A stretch of 64,000 bases of DNA from Candidatus Cloacimonadales bacterium (GTDB lineage Bacteria; Cloacimonadota; Cloacimonadia; Cloacimonadales; JAFGVF01). The notes below the pieces were generated by a model that searched no databases, was not told where the DNA came from, and was given only the letters and a program-made list of their open reading frames with translations. The stretch's first letter is position 1, and every line of letters begins with the position of its first letter. This document shows positions 47,347-56,338 of this stretch, one piece after another. The DNA lies in contig OY782499.1 of the NCBI GenBank assembly GCA_963677815.1, forward strand, positions 54,828 to 118,827, given 5' to 3'. Made by a program: the position numbers and the translations under genes.

Positions 47347-48121
47347 AGATTGTTTCCCCGGTAGAATGATCAAATATTAATTTCAAACCTTCTTCTTCCA
47401 TGATTTTTAGAATACGTACTTTCGCTTTAACAGTATCCCTTCGGCATACATCGTAAGCTGAGGTAATGGGTAGTTTTAAATATGTTTCAGACGGTATTAT
47501 ATCTCCGGCATAAACATATTTCTGTTCATCTCTGTTGATAATAATTATTTGCATACCTTCAGTATGCCCCCCCACTAACTCTAACCTAAGGCCTGGATAA
47601 AGTTCAAGGTCTCCATCCACAAGATTAAGCTGTCCCTTGTCAGCAAGTAACTTCAAATTTCTTTCATAATCATAGGCTGCTTTATTCAAAATGTCTGGAT
47701 TTTTTGCGATATCCCATTCCTTTTTTTGAATATGGTAAGTAGCTCTTGGAAAAGTTAGATACTCCTTTCCCCTATCATCAAGGCTAACAATTCCTCCAGC
47801 ATGATCATGATGTAAATGGGTCATTATAACATCAGTAATAGACTCAGGACTATAATCAAACTCAACTAAGATTTCTTCAAAACTTTTTAAAGATGGTAAG
47901 AATATCTTTCTTTCTTTTTCAGTTAATTTGTTTCCTAAGCCAGTATCCACAAGAATCAATCTTTCATCAAGCTCTATTAGAAGCAAGTTTAAATCTAATT
48001 TCATTCTGTGCTTATCATCTACTGTAAGAAATCTTCCCCAGATAGACCGAGGAAGATTTCCTAAAGATGCACCGGCATCAGAATAAAAATGTCCGGCTTT
48101 TATTATTTTTAAATTCAACAT
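47330..48121 (-). CDS. MBL-fold metallo-hydrolase
   Basis: HLHHDHAGG motif. ATG at 48121; an alternative TTG lies at 48127. Confidence 0.8.
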   Translation of the reverse strand: MLNLKIIKAGHFYSDAGASLGNLPRSIWGRFLTVDDKHRMKLDLNLLLIELDERLILVDTGLGNKLTEKERKIFLPSLKSFEEILVEFDYSPESITDVIMTHLHHDHAGGIVSLDDRGKEYLTFPRATYHIQKKEWDIAKNPDILNKAAYDYERNLKLLADKGQLNLVDGDLELYPGLRLELVGGHTEGMQIIIINRDEQKYVYAGDIIPSETYLKLPITSAYDVCRRDTVKAKVRILKIMEEEGLKLIFDHSTGETIYEKDI

Positions 48122-48127
48122 AATCAA

Positions 48128-48991
48128 TTAATCAGCATTATTTTCCACATGCTTTTTAGGCTTACGATAAGTTTTCTTACGAGGTCTAAAAGGTTTTTTT
48201 CCTGCAACATCTTGACTATGTGCTTTATTATTATTTTGCTTATGATTATGACTAGTTTTATTGGTATTATTAGTATTATCTGTATTACTATTAGGATTTC
48301 TAGGTTTGTTGTGGTTCTGTGGTCTTCTTGAAGTAGGATTATAAGCTCTTCTTCTAATCTTTGTTTGGTCATAATCTTTTGGGAAAACTACAATTCTTTT
48401 ATATTTTCCATCGCCTATTGTAAGTGTACTTATTTCAGGACGATCTTCAATATACTTATGAATAACTCTGCGGATATTGCCGTCCATGGGTTCCAGAGTA
48501 TATGGTTTTTGATTATCTACAACTCTATCAAGCACAGGTTCGTATTTTTTTATAATCTGTTCAGCCTGTCTTTCTTTGTAGTTATCGACATCTAAATAGA
48601 TTCTCTTTGCTTCAGGTCTGCTTTCAAAAATTCTATTAACAAGATATTGCATAGTATTTAGAAAACGAGCCTCTTTACCAATCAAGAAACCAGGTTCAGA
48701 GGAACCTACGATGTGATAATTAAAGGAATCTTTTGTTTCATGTTCTTCAATATCAACAAATTCAAGTCCCATCTTTTCTAAGAAATTCTCAATGAAATCC
48801 ATTATTTCCTGTTTAATTCCAAAAGAGGTTATTTTAATTTGGGCCTTCTTAGAACCGAATATTCCAAGGAAACCGCTCTTTGCTTCTTCAATAACTTCAT
48901 ATTGAATATCGTCTTTATTTACTTTATTTTTTTTACAAAATTCTTCTAATATCTTATCGACTGATGAACCAGTCAAAATCTTTTCATCCAT
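48128..48991 (-). CDS. jag: Jag/KhpB RNA-binding protein (Jag_N, KH, R3H) with an ~80-aa basic low-complexity tail
   Basis: Position after yidC. R3H motif NIRRVIHKY. Tail is rich in N, K, R, P, T and H. Confidence 0.8.
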   Translation of the reverse strand: MDEKILTGSSVDKILEEFCKKNKVNKDDIQYEVIEEAKSGFLGIFGSKKAQIKITSFGIKQEIMDFIENFLEKMGLEFVDIEEHETKDSFNYHIVGSSEPGFLIGKEARFLNTMQYLVNRIFESRPEAKRIYLDVDNYKERQAEQIIKKYEPVLDRVVDNQKPYTLEPMDGNIRRVIHKYIEDRPEISTLTIGDGKYKRIVVFPKDYDQTKIRRRAYNPTSRRPQNHNKPRNPNSNTDNTNNTNKTSHNHKQNNNKAHSQDVAGKKPFRPRKKTYRKPKKHVENNAD

Positions 48992-48992
48992 G

Positions 48993-50810
48993 TTATTGTC
49001 CTCTAAATTTTTTGTTAATGAAGTGCTGTTGAATAATTGATAGAATGTTAAATACTGTCCAATATAAAACTAAACCAGATGGTAAATTACGGAAGAAGAA
49101 GAACATCATAACGGGTAAGATATACGCCATCATTTTTTGACTTTGCATCATAGCTTCTTGTTTTTCATCCATATTAGCATTATTATTAGCTTGAACACTT
49201 GTCATCATTCTTTGTTGTAAGAACATGAAGATACCCATAATTATTGGTAATACATAATAAGGGTCAGGAATTGATAAGTCTTGGAGCCAACCAAAGAAAG
49301 AAGCACCTCTCAAGGCTATTGAGTATCTTAAAGTAGGATAAAGAGCGAAGAAAATAGGCATTTGAATCAACATTGGTAAACAACCACCTAAAGTTGAAAC
49401 ACCATGTTCTTTTTTAACTTTGCTCATTTCTTGCTGCATCTTCATAGGATCACTTTTATACTTCTTTTGAATCTCAGTTAAATATGGTTGTACTTTTTGC
49501 ATTTTCATGCTATTTTCAAAAGACTTATGAGTTAAAGGATAAAGAAGTAATTTAATCAAAAGAGCAAAGATAATAATTACTATACCATAATTAGGTATCA
49601 CTTTAGCCAAACTTTTCATTACGATTTCAAAGATTTTTGACAGCCAATGTAGCCATGTCCAAGACCTCTCAATAACTCTATCAAAAATAAGAGTAGCATC
49701 GTAAGATTCTATGTAGTCTTTTTCAACTGGACCTAAATAAAAATAAAAGTGCTCATATTCATTTTCAAAGTCTGAATCTTCTACAAGGAAGTTAAAAGCA
49801 GGGCTATCATTAAGCATTTCTGCCTTAAATTTCTTGTCGGCAACTACTTTATCTGCAAATAATGATATTACGAAATATTTAGATCTTGCTGCTACCCATT
49901 TTACATTATCTGTAACAGATTCAAACTTATTTGTTTTTAGTTTGGCTAGTGTTTCTTTAAAGATTTCATTAGTATCCAATGCTATAAGCTTATAGTCTTG
50001 AGCCTTCATCTTGAAGTACTTATCTGGATGACTTTCCTTATAAGTAAGATTTTCTGTATCAGCTATGCCAGGTACTTTTATTTCATAGTCCTCTTTGAAA
50101 GTCTGAGAATTGAAATATAAGTTGAAATCAACTTGATAATCTTTAGCTAAAGAATATTCTTTGGCAAAAATTACTTGCTCTTCAGCATCTTTAAGATAGA
50201 ATTTTACTCTATTTTTTTCAACTTCTTTGAAATAGATATAATTTTCTAAATCATGATTATCTAGTTCAACTATACCTAAAGCAGCTTGCTGGGGAATTAG
50301 TTGGACAAGTTCTTCTTTTCCCATAGTAAAATCTTTAAGGAAAACCTTAGTAATAATACCATCTTTCGGAGAAAGTGTTAATCTTAGTTTTTCATTTTCA
50401 ATTACAACTGGTTCAATATCGCTTGCTTGAATAATGTCACTTTTACTTAAACTCTTATTGTAGAATGCTGTTTTAGATTCTTGATCATTATAAAAAACTT
50501 TTGCTCTAATTTTGGTAACTTGATCTGGGTCAGTTACCGGAATAATACCCTGATATAAATTATCATTTACTGTTGGTTCATTGCCGTCAAAATTGAACCT
50601 AATCTGGCCTTCTTGGTAATCACTGAAAATTAAAATGCCTTCATTTGTTAGGTTAATTATCGGTTTAGATAATTCTTCCTTTTCTTGTTTTACTTCTTTT
50701 TGTGTACTTGTTTGATTTGCGTTAACCTGCTGTTTTGGGAAAAAATAAGTATTAAACAGCCAATATGTTAAAAACATTAGTACAATCGCTAATAGGGTCT
50801 TCCTATTCAA
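48993..50810 (-). CDS. yidC: Membrane protein insertase YidC
   Basis: Large periplasmic P1 domain plus the conserved C-terminal 5-TM core (GCLPMLIQMPIFFALY). Confidence 0.9.
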   Translation of the reverse strand: MNRKTLLAIVLMFLTYWLFNTYFFPKQQVNANQTSTQKEVKQEKEELSKPIINLTNEGILIFSDYQEGQIRFNFDGNEPTVNDNLYQGIIPVTDPDQVTKIRAKVFYNDQESKTAFYNKSLSKSDIIQASDIEPVVIENEKLRLTLSPKDGIITKVFLKDFTMGKEELVQLIPQQAALGIVELDNHDLENYIYFKEVEKNRVKFYLKDAEEQVIFAKEYSLAKDYQVDFNLYFNSQTFKEDYEIKVPGIADTENLTYKESHPDKYFKMKAQDYKLIALDTNEIFKETLAKLKTNKFESVTDNVKWVAARSKYFVISLFADKVVADKKFKAEMLNDSPAFNFLVEDSDFENEYEHFYFYLGPVEKDYIESYDATLIFDRVIERSWTWLHWLSKIFEIVMKSLAKVIPNYGIVIIIFALLIKLLLYPLTHKSFENSMKMQKVQPYLTEIQKKYKSDPMKMQQEMSKVKKEHGVSTLGGCLPMLIQMPIFFALYPTLRYSIALRGASFFGWLQDLSIPDPYYVLPIIMGIFMFLQQRMMTSVQANNNANMDEKQEAMMQSQKMMAYILPVMMFFFFRNLPSGLVLYWTVFNILSIIQQHFINKKFRGQ

Positions 50811-50823
50811 ATTTCCTCCTAAA

Positions 50824-51093
50824 TTATTTTAATGGGTCGTAACCACCGGGATGATATGGGTGGCACTTGAGTACTCGTTTGACAGACAAGTAGAGAGCAT
50901 GGAAAAATGAGTATTTCCTGAATGCTTGTGTTGCATAAGTACTACAAGTAGGAGTAAACCTACAGGTAGCTGGGAAGAGTGGTGATATGTAGTTTTTATA
51001 CAATCGTATAATAAAAATAAATAGTAAATTTACTAAATCAGTAACTTTAGATATTACTTTTTTCGATTTTCTTAATAATATTATCAAGTTCAC
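50824..51093 (-). CDS. yidD: Membrane protein insertion efficiency factor YidD
   Basis: CRFTPTCSTYA ... KCHPYHPGGYDP. Start uncertain; it overlaps the end of rnpA. Confidence 0.8.
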   Translation of the reverse strand: MNLIILLRKSKKVISKVTDLVNLLFIFIIRLYKNYISPLFPATCRFTPTCSTYATQAFRKYSFFHALYLSVKRVLKCHPYHPGGYDPLK

Positions 51094-51433
51094 TTACAAA
51101 TTCACTCCATGGGATATCTGATGAATCTTTAATTGAAATTATATTAATTTTCATCCCACTGATATTAGTTTTCATTACTTGTCTTAAATATGCTTTAATT
51201 CTTCGCTTAATTCTATTTCGGGTAACAGCATTTCCTATCTTTTTTGTTACAGTAATGCCTATAGAAAAAAAAGAAGATTCTGTGTCTTTACGACACAGAA
51301 CTAAAAATAAATTAGAATGAATCTTCTTCTGAATTCTATAAAATTCTAAGTATTGTTTCCGATTTTTAATAAAATTAAACTGTAAGTCTTTTTCTGCCTT
51401 TAGCTCTTCTTGCACTAAGCACCCTTCTACCAT
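51047..51433 (-). CDS. rnpA: Ribonuclease P protein component
   Basis: [20 protein letters not shown] motif. Only the ATG at 51433 is available, and it overlaps rpmH by 59 nt. Confidence 0.7.
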   Translation of the reverse strand: MVEGCLVQEELKAEKDLQFNFIKNRKQYLEFYRIQKKIHSNLFLVLCRKDTESSFFSIGITVTKKIGNAVTRNRIKRRIKAYLRQVMKTNISGMKINIISIKDSSDIPWSEFVSELDNIIKKIEKSNI

Positions 51434-51509
51434 TAGCAGTACTCATTCTAAGACGGAAACCATGTTTGTTTCTTCTTTTCCTATTATGAGGTTGAAATGT
51501 TCTTTTCAT
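51375..51509 (-). CDS. rpmH: 50S ribosomal protein L34 (44 aa; not in the supplied ORF track)
   Basis: Hand translation gives [44 protein letters not shown], with an AGGAG RBS. Confidence 0.9.
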   Translation of the reverse strand: MKRTFQPHNRKRRNKHGFRLRMSTANGRRVLSARRAKGRKRLTV

Positions 51510-52136
51510 TACTATCTCCTTATTTATTAAATAATATTTTTATCTGAATTTTAGTATTTTGTGTAAGTTTGTAGGAAGGGGCTATTGTGTCAATAAAAAA
51601 CTAAAAATACTTGTCTTTCAAAAAACAAGGAGTAAAAAAATACTGATTTCTCAGTCTAGAGTTTTGACAAAATCAACTTCTCTGAGTTATAGGTCACTTT
51701 TTGCAAAAAAAGATCGCAAACAGAATTATTCAAATTCAAGCAAGATAGTATTTAAATACATAGCAGGTAAGATTTTGGATAAAGCTATAGCGACTTTATG
51801 AATTGTCTTTTGTCCAATACTTTTCAAAAAAATTAATGAATTTCTTAGAAATATGGGCTTTTGGCAAAGGTCTGTGACTGATTTCTCAGCTTCAGAGTGT
51901 TAATATAGATTCTATTTTAAATTATGTATAACTAGTTTTATAGAAAAATGATGATAATTCTCTTGACGTATTTTTTTTATTATAGATAAATTGTAATATA
52001 TTTTTAGATAAAATATTTTTTCATATAAACCTGAGTGTAATTATAGATAAACTACTATGTTTGTTTATCGAAACTATATTAGAGAGTAAGGAAGCAAGAA
52101 TAGCACATGACACAAATTATCCTGAAGGAGGATTGA

Positions 52137-53105
52137 ATGAGAGAGAAAAACATTTTATTATTATTACTGGTCCTTTCTACAATTGGATTACTATCATTAA
52201 CAAGAGAAGAAGTAATTGAAGAAACACAATATCTAGAAACTACAAAAGATATTAACATTGAGAAAATTCTTATTTATAATGATGAGCCTTACTATGATTG
52301 GTATGAATTCACTCACAATAATCAGCAATCTGCTAATGTCGGAGATTATTGCTATTACACGCCTTGGACATGTATCGGAGGCTATCGTCGATTTTATGAA
52401 TACCCCTTCATAGATCCACCTGAAGGTTGGGAGATATTATCTGTAACACTAAAAATTTATCAAAGTTCTTCTTGTGGTAATGGTGAGATTAATCAATTCC
52501 CTACTTTTATTAACGCAGACTTTTTTTTCTTAAAAGTAGCACTCTTAGAAATTGATATGGAAAATCTAGCTTTAACCTTTGCTCCCTCAGTTTTTGAAGA
52601 AATTGGCGTTATTAGTAATAATCCAATCCACGAGTGGAAAGAGTTAGATGTTACCCAGGCATATCTAACCGCTAGAGATGAGTTGAGCTACTCAGCATTT
52701 TGTTTAATGTTATATTTTGATTTAGTTTCTGATTCAGATGGTGAAGATGATTATTTATCTATTGCTACGGCTAGTAGTTCCAATAAGCCTAAATTACTTT
52801 TTCAATATGTTAGAGCTACTTCCAATAATGAAAGTGAAAATGAATCCATAAGCCCACTTATAAATTGTTATCCTAATCCTACATCTGAAGTATTAACTAT
52901 TAAAAATATCAGCGAAAAGCCTATTTCAGCAATCAATATCTACAATATTAAAGGTCAGAAAGTATTTTCTAATCATAATATATCTACAAAAAATGGTGAA
53001 GTTAATCTAGCATTACCAACAAACATCGCAAGCGGTATTTATTTTGTAAAATGCAAGATAGATGGAAATTTACAAACAATCACAAAAAAAATATTTGTAA
53101 AGTGA
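52137..53105 (+). CDS. Secreted DNRLRE-like protein with a T9SS sorting domain, paralog 1
   Basis: Signal peptide; same architecture as paralogs 2 and 3 but more divergent; tail CYPNPTSEVLTI...SGIYFVKCK...KKIFVK. Confidence 0.75.
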   Translation: MREKNILLLLLVLSTIGLLSLTREEVIEETQYLETTKDINIEKILIYNDEPYYDWYEFTHNNQQSANVGDYCYYTPWTCIGGYRRFYEYPFIDPPEGWEILSVTLKIYQSSSCGNGEINQFPTFINADFFFLKVALLEIDMENLALTFAPSVFEEIGVISNNPIHEWKELDVTQAYLTARDELSYSAFCLMLYFDLVSDSDGEDDYLSIATASSSNKPKLLFQYVRATSNNESENESISPLINCYPNPTSEVLTIKNISEKPISAINIYNIKGQKVFSNHNISTKNGEVNLALPTNIASGIYFVKCKIDGNLQTITKKIFVK

Positions 53106-53114
53106 GGAGGAAGT

Positions 53115-54083
53115 ATGAGTCTAAAGAAATTAATATTCATTCTAATTACTCTATTCGTAATTTCTTTATTATCAGCCCTGATAAAAGAGAATGAGTATTT
53201 TGAAGAGATTGTGTATTTAGAGGAAGATAGAGATTACAATATCGTTAAAGTATTGTTTGATTTAGAGGGTTGGCATGACGATTTGTACAATCTCAGTTTT
53301 ACAGAATATTTTTCCATAGTTGGTGATGATGTAAATTATTTCACTCAAGAGAAGAACGCCGTTAGAAAATACTATAGATTTCCTTTTCAAAACCCTCCAG
53401 AAACTTGGGAAATTGAATCAATAACTCTGAATGTGTATCAAAATGGGTCTATGTCTGGCCCTTATACAAATGTTTGGCCATCTTTTTATGGGAACTCAAA
53501 TCATGGGTTAAAAGTTGCCTTGTGTGATTTTAACATTGAGAATTTATCCTCTAGTTTCAATGCAACAAACTTTATGGAAATAGGAGTAATCAGTGATAAT
53601 GCTAATGATGGATGGAGGCAACTTGACGTAACACAAGCATATTTATTGGCTAAAAATGCAATTGTATTTACAGACTTCCCATTAATGCTCTATTTTGATT
53701 ATACTACAGATTATGATGGTGCTGGCGATTTTGTTTGGATTAATCATGCCTCCTCATCTAACCAACCATATCTAGAATTTCGGTACCATGATACCACTCC
53801 TACTTATGAAGGAGAGTGTGAAATTGCACAAACAAATCTTCAATGTTATCCTAATCCAGTAACTGATTTATTAAGTATTAAATCAGATAGTTCAAGCAAT
53901 ATTACTCAAATATCGATTTATAACATCAAAGGGCAAAAAGTTTTTACAAAAGAAAACCATTCTTTCCCAAAAGGAGAGATTAGCCTTAATTTACCACAAA
54001 ATTTAGCAAGCGGTATCTATTTTGTAAAGTTCAAACTAGATGGAAATCCACAAACAATAACAAAAAAAATATTTGTAAAGTGA
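53115..54083 (+). CDS. Secreted DNRLRE-like protein with a T9SS sorting domain, paralog 2
   Basis: Roughly 85% identical to paralog 3 by eye. Separated by a 9-nt spacer carrying GAGGAG. Confidence 0.75.
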   Translation: MSLKKLIFILITLFVISLLSALIKENEYFEEIVYLEEDRDYNIVKVLFDLEGWHDDLYNLSFTEYFSIVGDDVNYFTQEKNAVRKYYRFPFQNPPETWEIESITLNVYQNGSMSGPYTNVWPSFYGNSNHGLKVALCDFNIENLSSSFNATNFMEIGVISDNANDGWRQLDVTQAYLLAKNAIVFTDFPLMLYFDYTTDYDGAGDFVWINHASSSNQPYLEFRYHDTTPTYEGECEIAQTNLQCYPNPVTDLLSIKSDSSSNITQISIYNIKGQKVFTKENHSFPKGEISLNLPQNLASGIYFVKFKLDGNPQTITKKIFVK

Positions 54084-54092
54084 GGAGAAAGT

Positions 54093-55067
54093 ATGAGTCT
54101 AAAGAAATTAATATTCATTCTAATTACCCTATTCTCAATTTGCCTTTTAACAGCCCAAATAAAAGAGGATGATTATTTTGAAGAAATTGTGTATTTAGAG
54201 GAGAATAGTGATTACAATATCGTTAAAGTATTGTTTGATTTAGAGGGTTGGCATGACGATTTGTATAATCTCAGTTTTACAGAATATTTTTCCATAGTTG
54301 GTGATCGTGTAGATTTCTACACTCAAGGGCAGAGCTCCGTTAGAAAATACTATAGATTTCCTTTTCAAAACCATCCAGAAACTTGGGAAATCGTATCGGT
54401 AACATTGAAAGTTTACCAATATTATTCCACATGTGGTCCTTGGGAAGAAGGTTTTCCATCTTTTTATGGGAATTCAAATCATGGACTAAAAGTTGCCTTG
54501 GGTGATTTTAATATTGAGAATTTATCCTCTAGCTTTAATGCAATAAATTTTATGGAAATTGGGGTAATCAGTGATAATGCTAATGATGGATGGAAACAAC
54601 TTGATGTAACACAAGCATATTTATTGGCTAAAAATTCAATTGAATTCACAGACTTCCCACTAATGCTCTATTTTGATTATATTACAGATTATGATGGTAA
54701 TAGTGATCATGTTGGGATTTATCATGCCTCCACATCGAGCCAACCCTATCTAGAATTTCGTTACCATGATACCACTCCTACTTATGAAGGAGAGTGTGAA
54801 ATTGCACAAACAAATCTTCAATGTTATCCTAATCCGGTATCTGACTTATTAAATATTAAATCAGATAACTCAACAAATATTACTCAAATATCGATTTATA
54901 ACATCAAAGGGCAAAAAGTTTTTACAAAAGAAACTAAAAATTTCTTCAAAGGAGAGATTAGCCTTAATTTACCACAAAATTTAGCAAGCGGTATCTATTT
55001 TGTAAAGTGCAAACTAGATGGAAATCCACAAACAATAACAAAAAAAATATGGATCTCTCTCAAGTAG
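54093..55067 (+). CDS. Secreted DNRLRE-like protein with a T9SS sorting domain, paralog 3 (altered C-terminus)
   Basis: Identical to paralog 2 up to nt 55050, then reads into repeat DNA. It ends KKIWISLK instead of KKIFVK. Confidence 0.7.
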   Translation: MSLKKLIFILITLFSICLLTAQIKEDDYFEEIVYLEENSDYNIVKVLFDLEGWHDDLYNLSFTEYFSIVGDRVDFYTQGQSSVRKYYRFPFQNHPETWEIVSVTLKVYQYYSTCGPWEEGFPSFYGNSNHGLKVALGDFNIENLSSSFNAINFMEIGVISDNANDGWKQLDVTQAYLLAKNSIEFTDFPLMLYFDYITDYDGNSDHVGIYHASTSSQPYLEFRYHDTTPTYEGECEIAQTNLQCYPNPVSDLLNIKSDNSTNITQISIYNIKGQKVFTKETKNFFKGEISLNLPQNLASGIYFVKCKLDGNPQTITKKIWISLK

Positions 55068-55412
55068 AGTGAGACTTAGAATAAATTCACTCTTCTTGCA
55101 GCTACAGAGGAGCGACATCTTTGTAGATTAAATTGTCAAAGAACCTTAAAAGCTACAGAGGAGCGACATCTTTGTAGAAAGCGACATCTTTGTAGATTAA
55201 GAAATCAACCTCTAGATAGTTTTCTTCACAAATTGCAAATGCTTATAAATGAAGAATATCCCAGTAGTTAGTACCCCCCTATTTTCACCCTTACTAAAGG
55301 GGATTATAATATCAAAAATACCTTTGAGAAATCGCTCCTCTGGAGCTATAAGGATTTTAAGGTTCTTCATTTACTATTATATTTAGATCCCACTCTACTT
55401 TGGAGAGGGCCT
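55051..55412. repeat. Composite repeat block bounded by inverted copies of the CTCTC.AAGTAGAGTG motif
   Basis: Left end GGATCT+CTCTCAAGTAGAGTGAGAC; right end AGATCC+CACTCTACTTTGGAGAGGG. Holds the tandem repeat at 55100-55197 and an inverted unit at 55327-55353. Confidence 0.45.
55100..55197 (+). repeat. Tandem repeat of the same unit as 24444-24581
   Basis: AGCTACAGAGGAGCGACATCTTTGTAGAT at 55100 and 55151, plus a partial AGCGACATCTTTGTAGAT at 55180. Confidence 0.6.
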
Positions 55413-55421
55413 AAATTAACT

Positions 55422-55753
55422 ATGAAACAAGGTTATAATGTACACAAGTCAAATGTAGATAATTGTTTTTTATGCACATTAAAAAATAAATGTGTGACAT
55501 CAAAAACAGGCAAAAAAAAAATGACAAGGCATGTTTGGGAACATTATAAAGAAGAGATTATGTGTAACAATAAAACTGAACTTGGTAAAAGTTAATATAA
55601 AAGAAGAAAGGAGACTGTGGAAAGAAGTTTTGCTAATTCGAAGCAGTTTCTGGTTATAGATATGCATGATTTTTTGGATTAGAGAAGATGAGATTTCAGG
55701 TTTATATGACAGCAATATCACAAAATAGAAAGAAAATAGCAAAATTGCTCTAA
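55422..55753 (+). pseudogene. C-terminal fragment of an IS1182/IS5-superfamily DDE transposase, decayed
   Basis: Frame 1 reads CFLCTLKNKC...YKRRKETVERSFANSKQ. After a frameshift it reads GYRYA*FFGLEKMRFQVYMTAISQNRKKIAKLL*. At least two stops; about 350 N-terminal aa are missing. Confidence 0.6.
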
Positions 55754-55871
55754 AATCCAGGAAATAAGAAGATAATCTTCAATTTTATAAGCAATTTACT
55801 TGATTTACTTAAAAATATTCTAATAAACTTTGATATAAGCGATTATAAGATAATATTGACTTAGTACAAAC

Positions 55872-56338
55872 GGCTCAAGTTCAAGTCTGGTGGAAATTAT
55901 GTTGCATTATTTTGCACTAGATATTGTATTACAGTAGTTTACGGATTATAAGTTACTATTGATAGTATTATTTTAGCAGAATAAGACATAATCCTGAAAG
56001 GATAGGTCTTATATCCCTAAAGGGGATTAATAGTTTAGCCCAGGGTAAAATCCTGAAGGGATTGCAACCCTGGGTAATGATGTATATAAAAAGCCTAACC
56101 CTGTAAGGGTTTAATAAAAACATATATACCAATGATTTAATATTATAATTAGTTACCATTATATTAAACCCTTACAGGGTTAGGTCGTAATTTTGGATAT
56201 TGTTCCTGGGGTGACGATCCTTATAGGATCTTACCCCAGGCTAAACTATTAATCCCTTTCAGAGATACGTTGGATAATCACACTAATGATAAAATTTTAT
56301 ATTTTATTAAATTTTTCCACCAGACTTGAACTTGAGCC
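55872..56338. mobile_element. Foldback MITE family B (467 bp)
   Basis: 25-bp perfect terminal inverted repeats GGCTCAAGTTCAAGTCTGGTGGAAA. 8-bp direct duplication GTACAAAC at 55864-55871 and 56339-56346. Interior is a nested imperfect palindrome. Confidence 0.75.

Noticed and set aside
47346-47400. Looked for a cobalamin riboswitch upstream of the BtuF-like gene.
   Set aside because: The gene overlaps the preceding MBL hydrolase gene, so there is no leader region.
51559-51801. 80-aa ORF between rpmH and paralog 1.
   Set aside because: It starts with GTG/TTG-type codon usage and has no RBS. It overlaps the rpmH promoter box, and its lysine/serine-rich translation is what AT-rich non-coding DNA gives.
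52137-55067. A diversity-generating retroelement as the source of the patchy variation in the paralogs.
   Set aside because: The window contains no reverse transcriptase and no template-repeat copy of the variable segments. The substitutions are also not adenine-specific.
55500-55742. 80-aa minus-strand ORF.
   Set aside because: It lies antisense to the decayed transposase fragment. The plus-strand frames carry the recognisable transposase C-terminal motifs.
55872-55896. tRNA-like T-arm resemblance (GGCTCAAGTTCAAGTCTGG) in the MITE terminal repeat.
   Set aside because: No acceptor, D or anticodon arms can be folded around it. It is present as a perfect inverted pair, so it is a transposon terminus and not a tRNA gene.
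55968-56159. 63-aa minus-strand ORF inside the foldback MITE.
   Set aside because: It spans the palindromic interior of the element, has no RBS, and its sequence is dictated by hairpin repeats.
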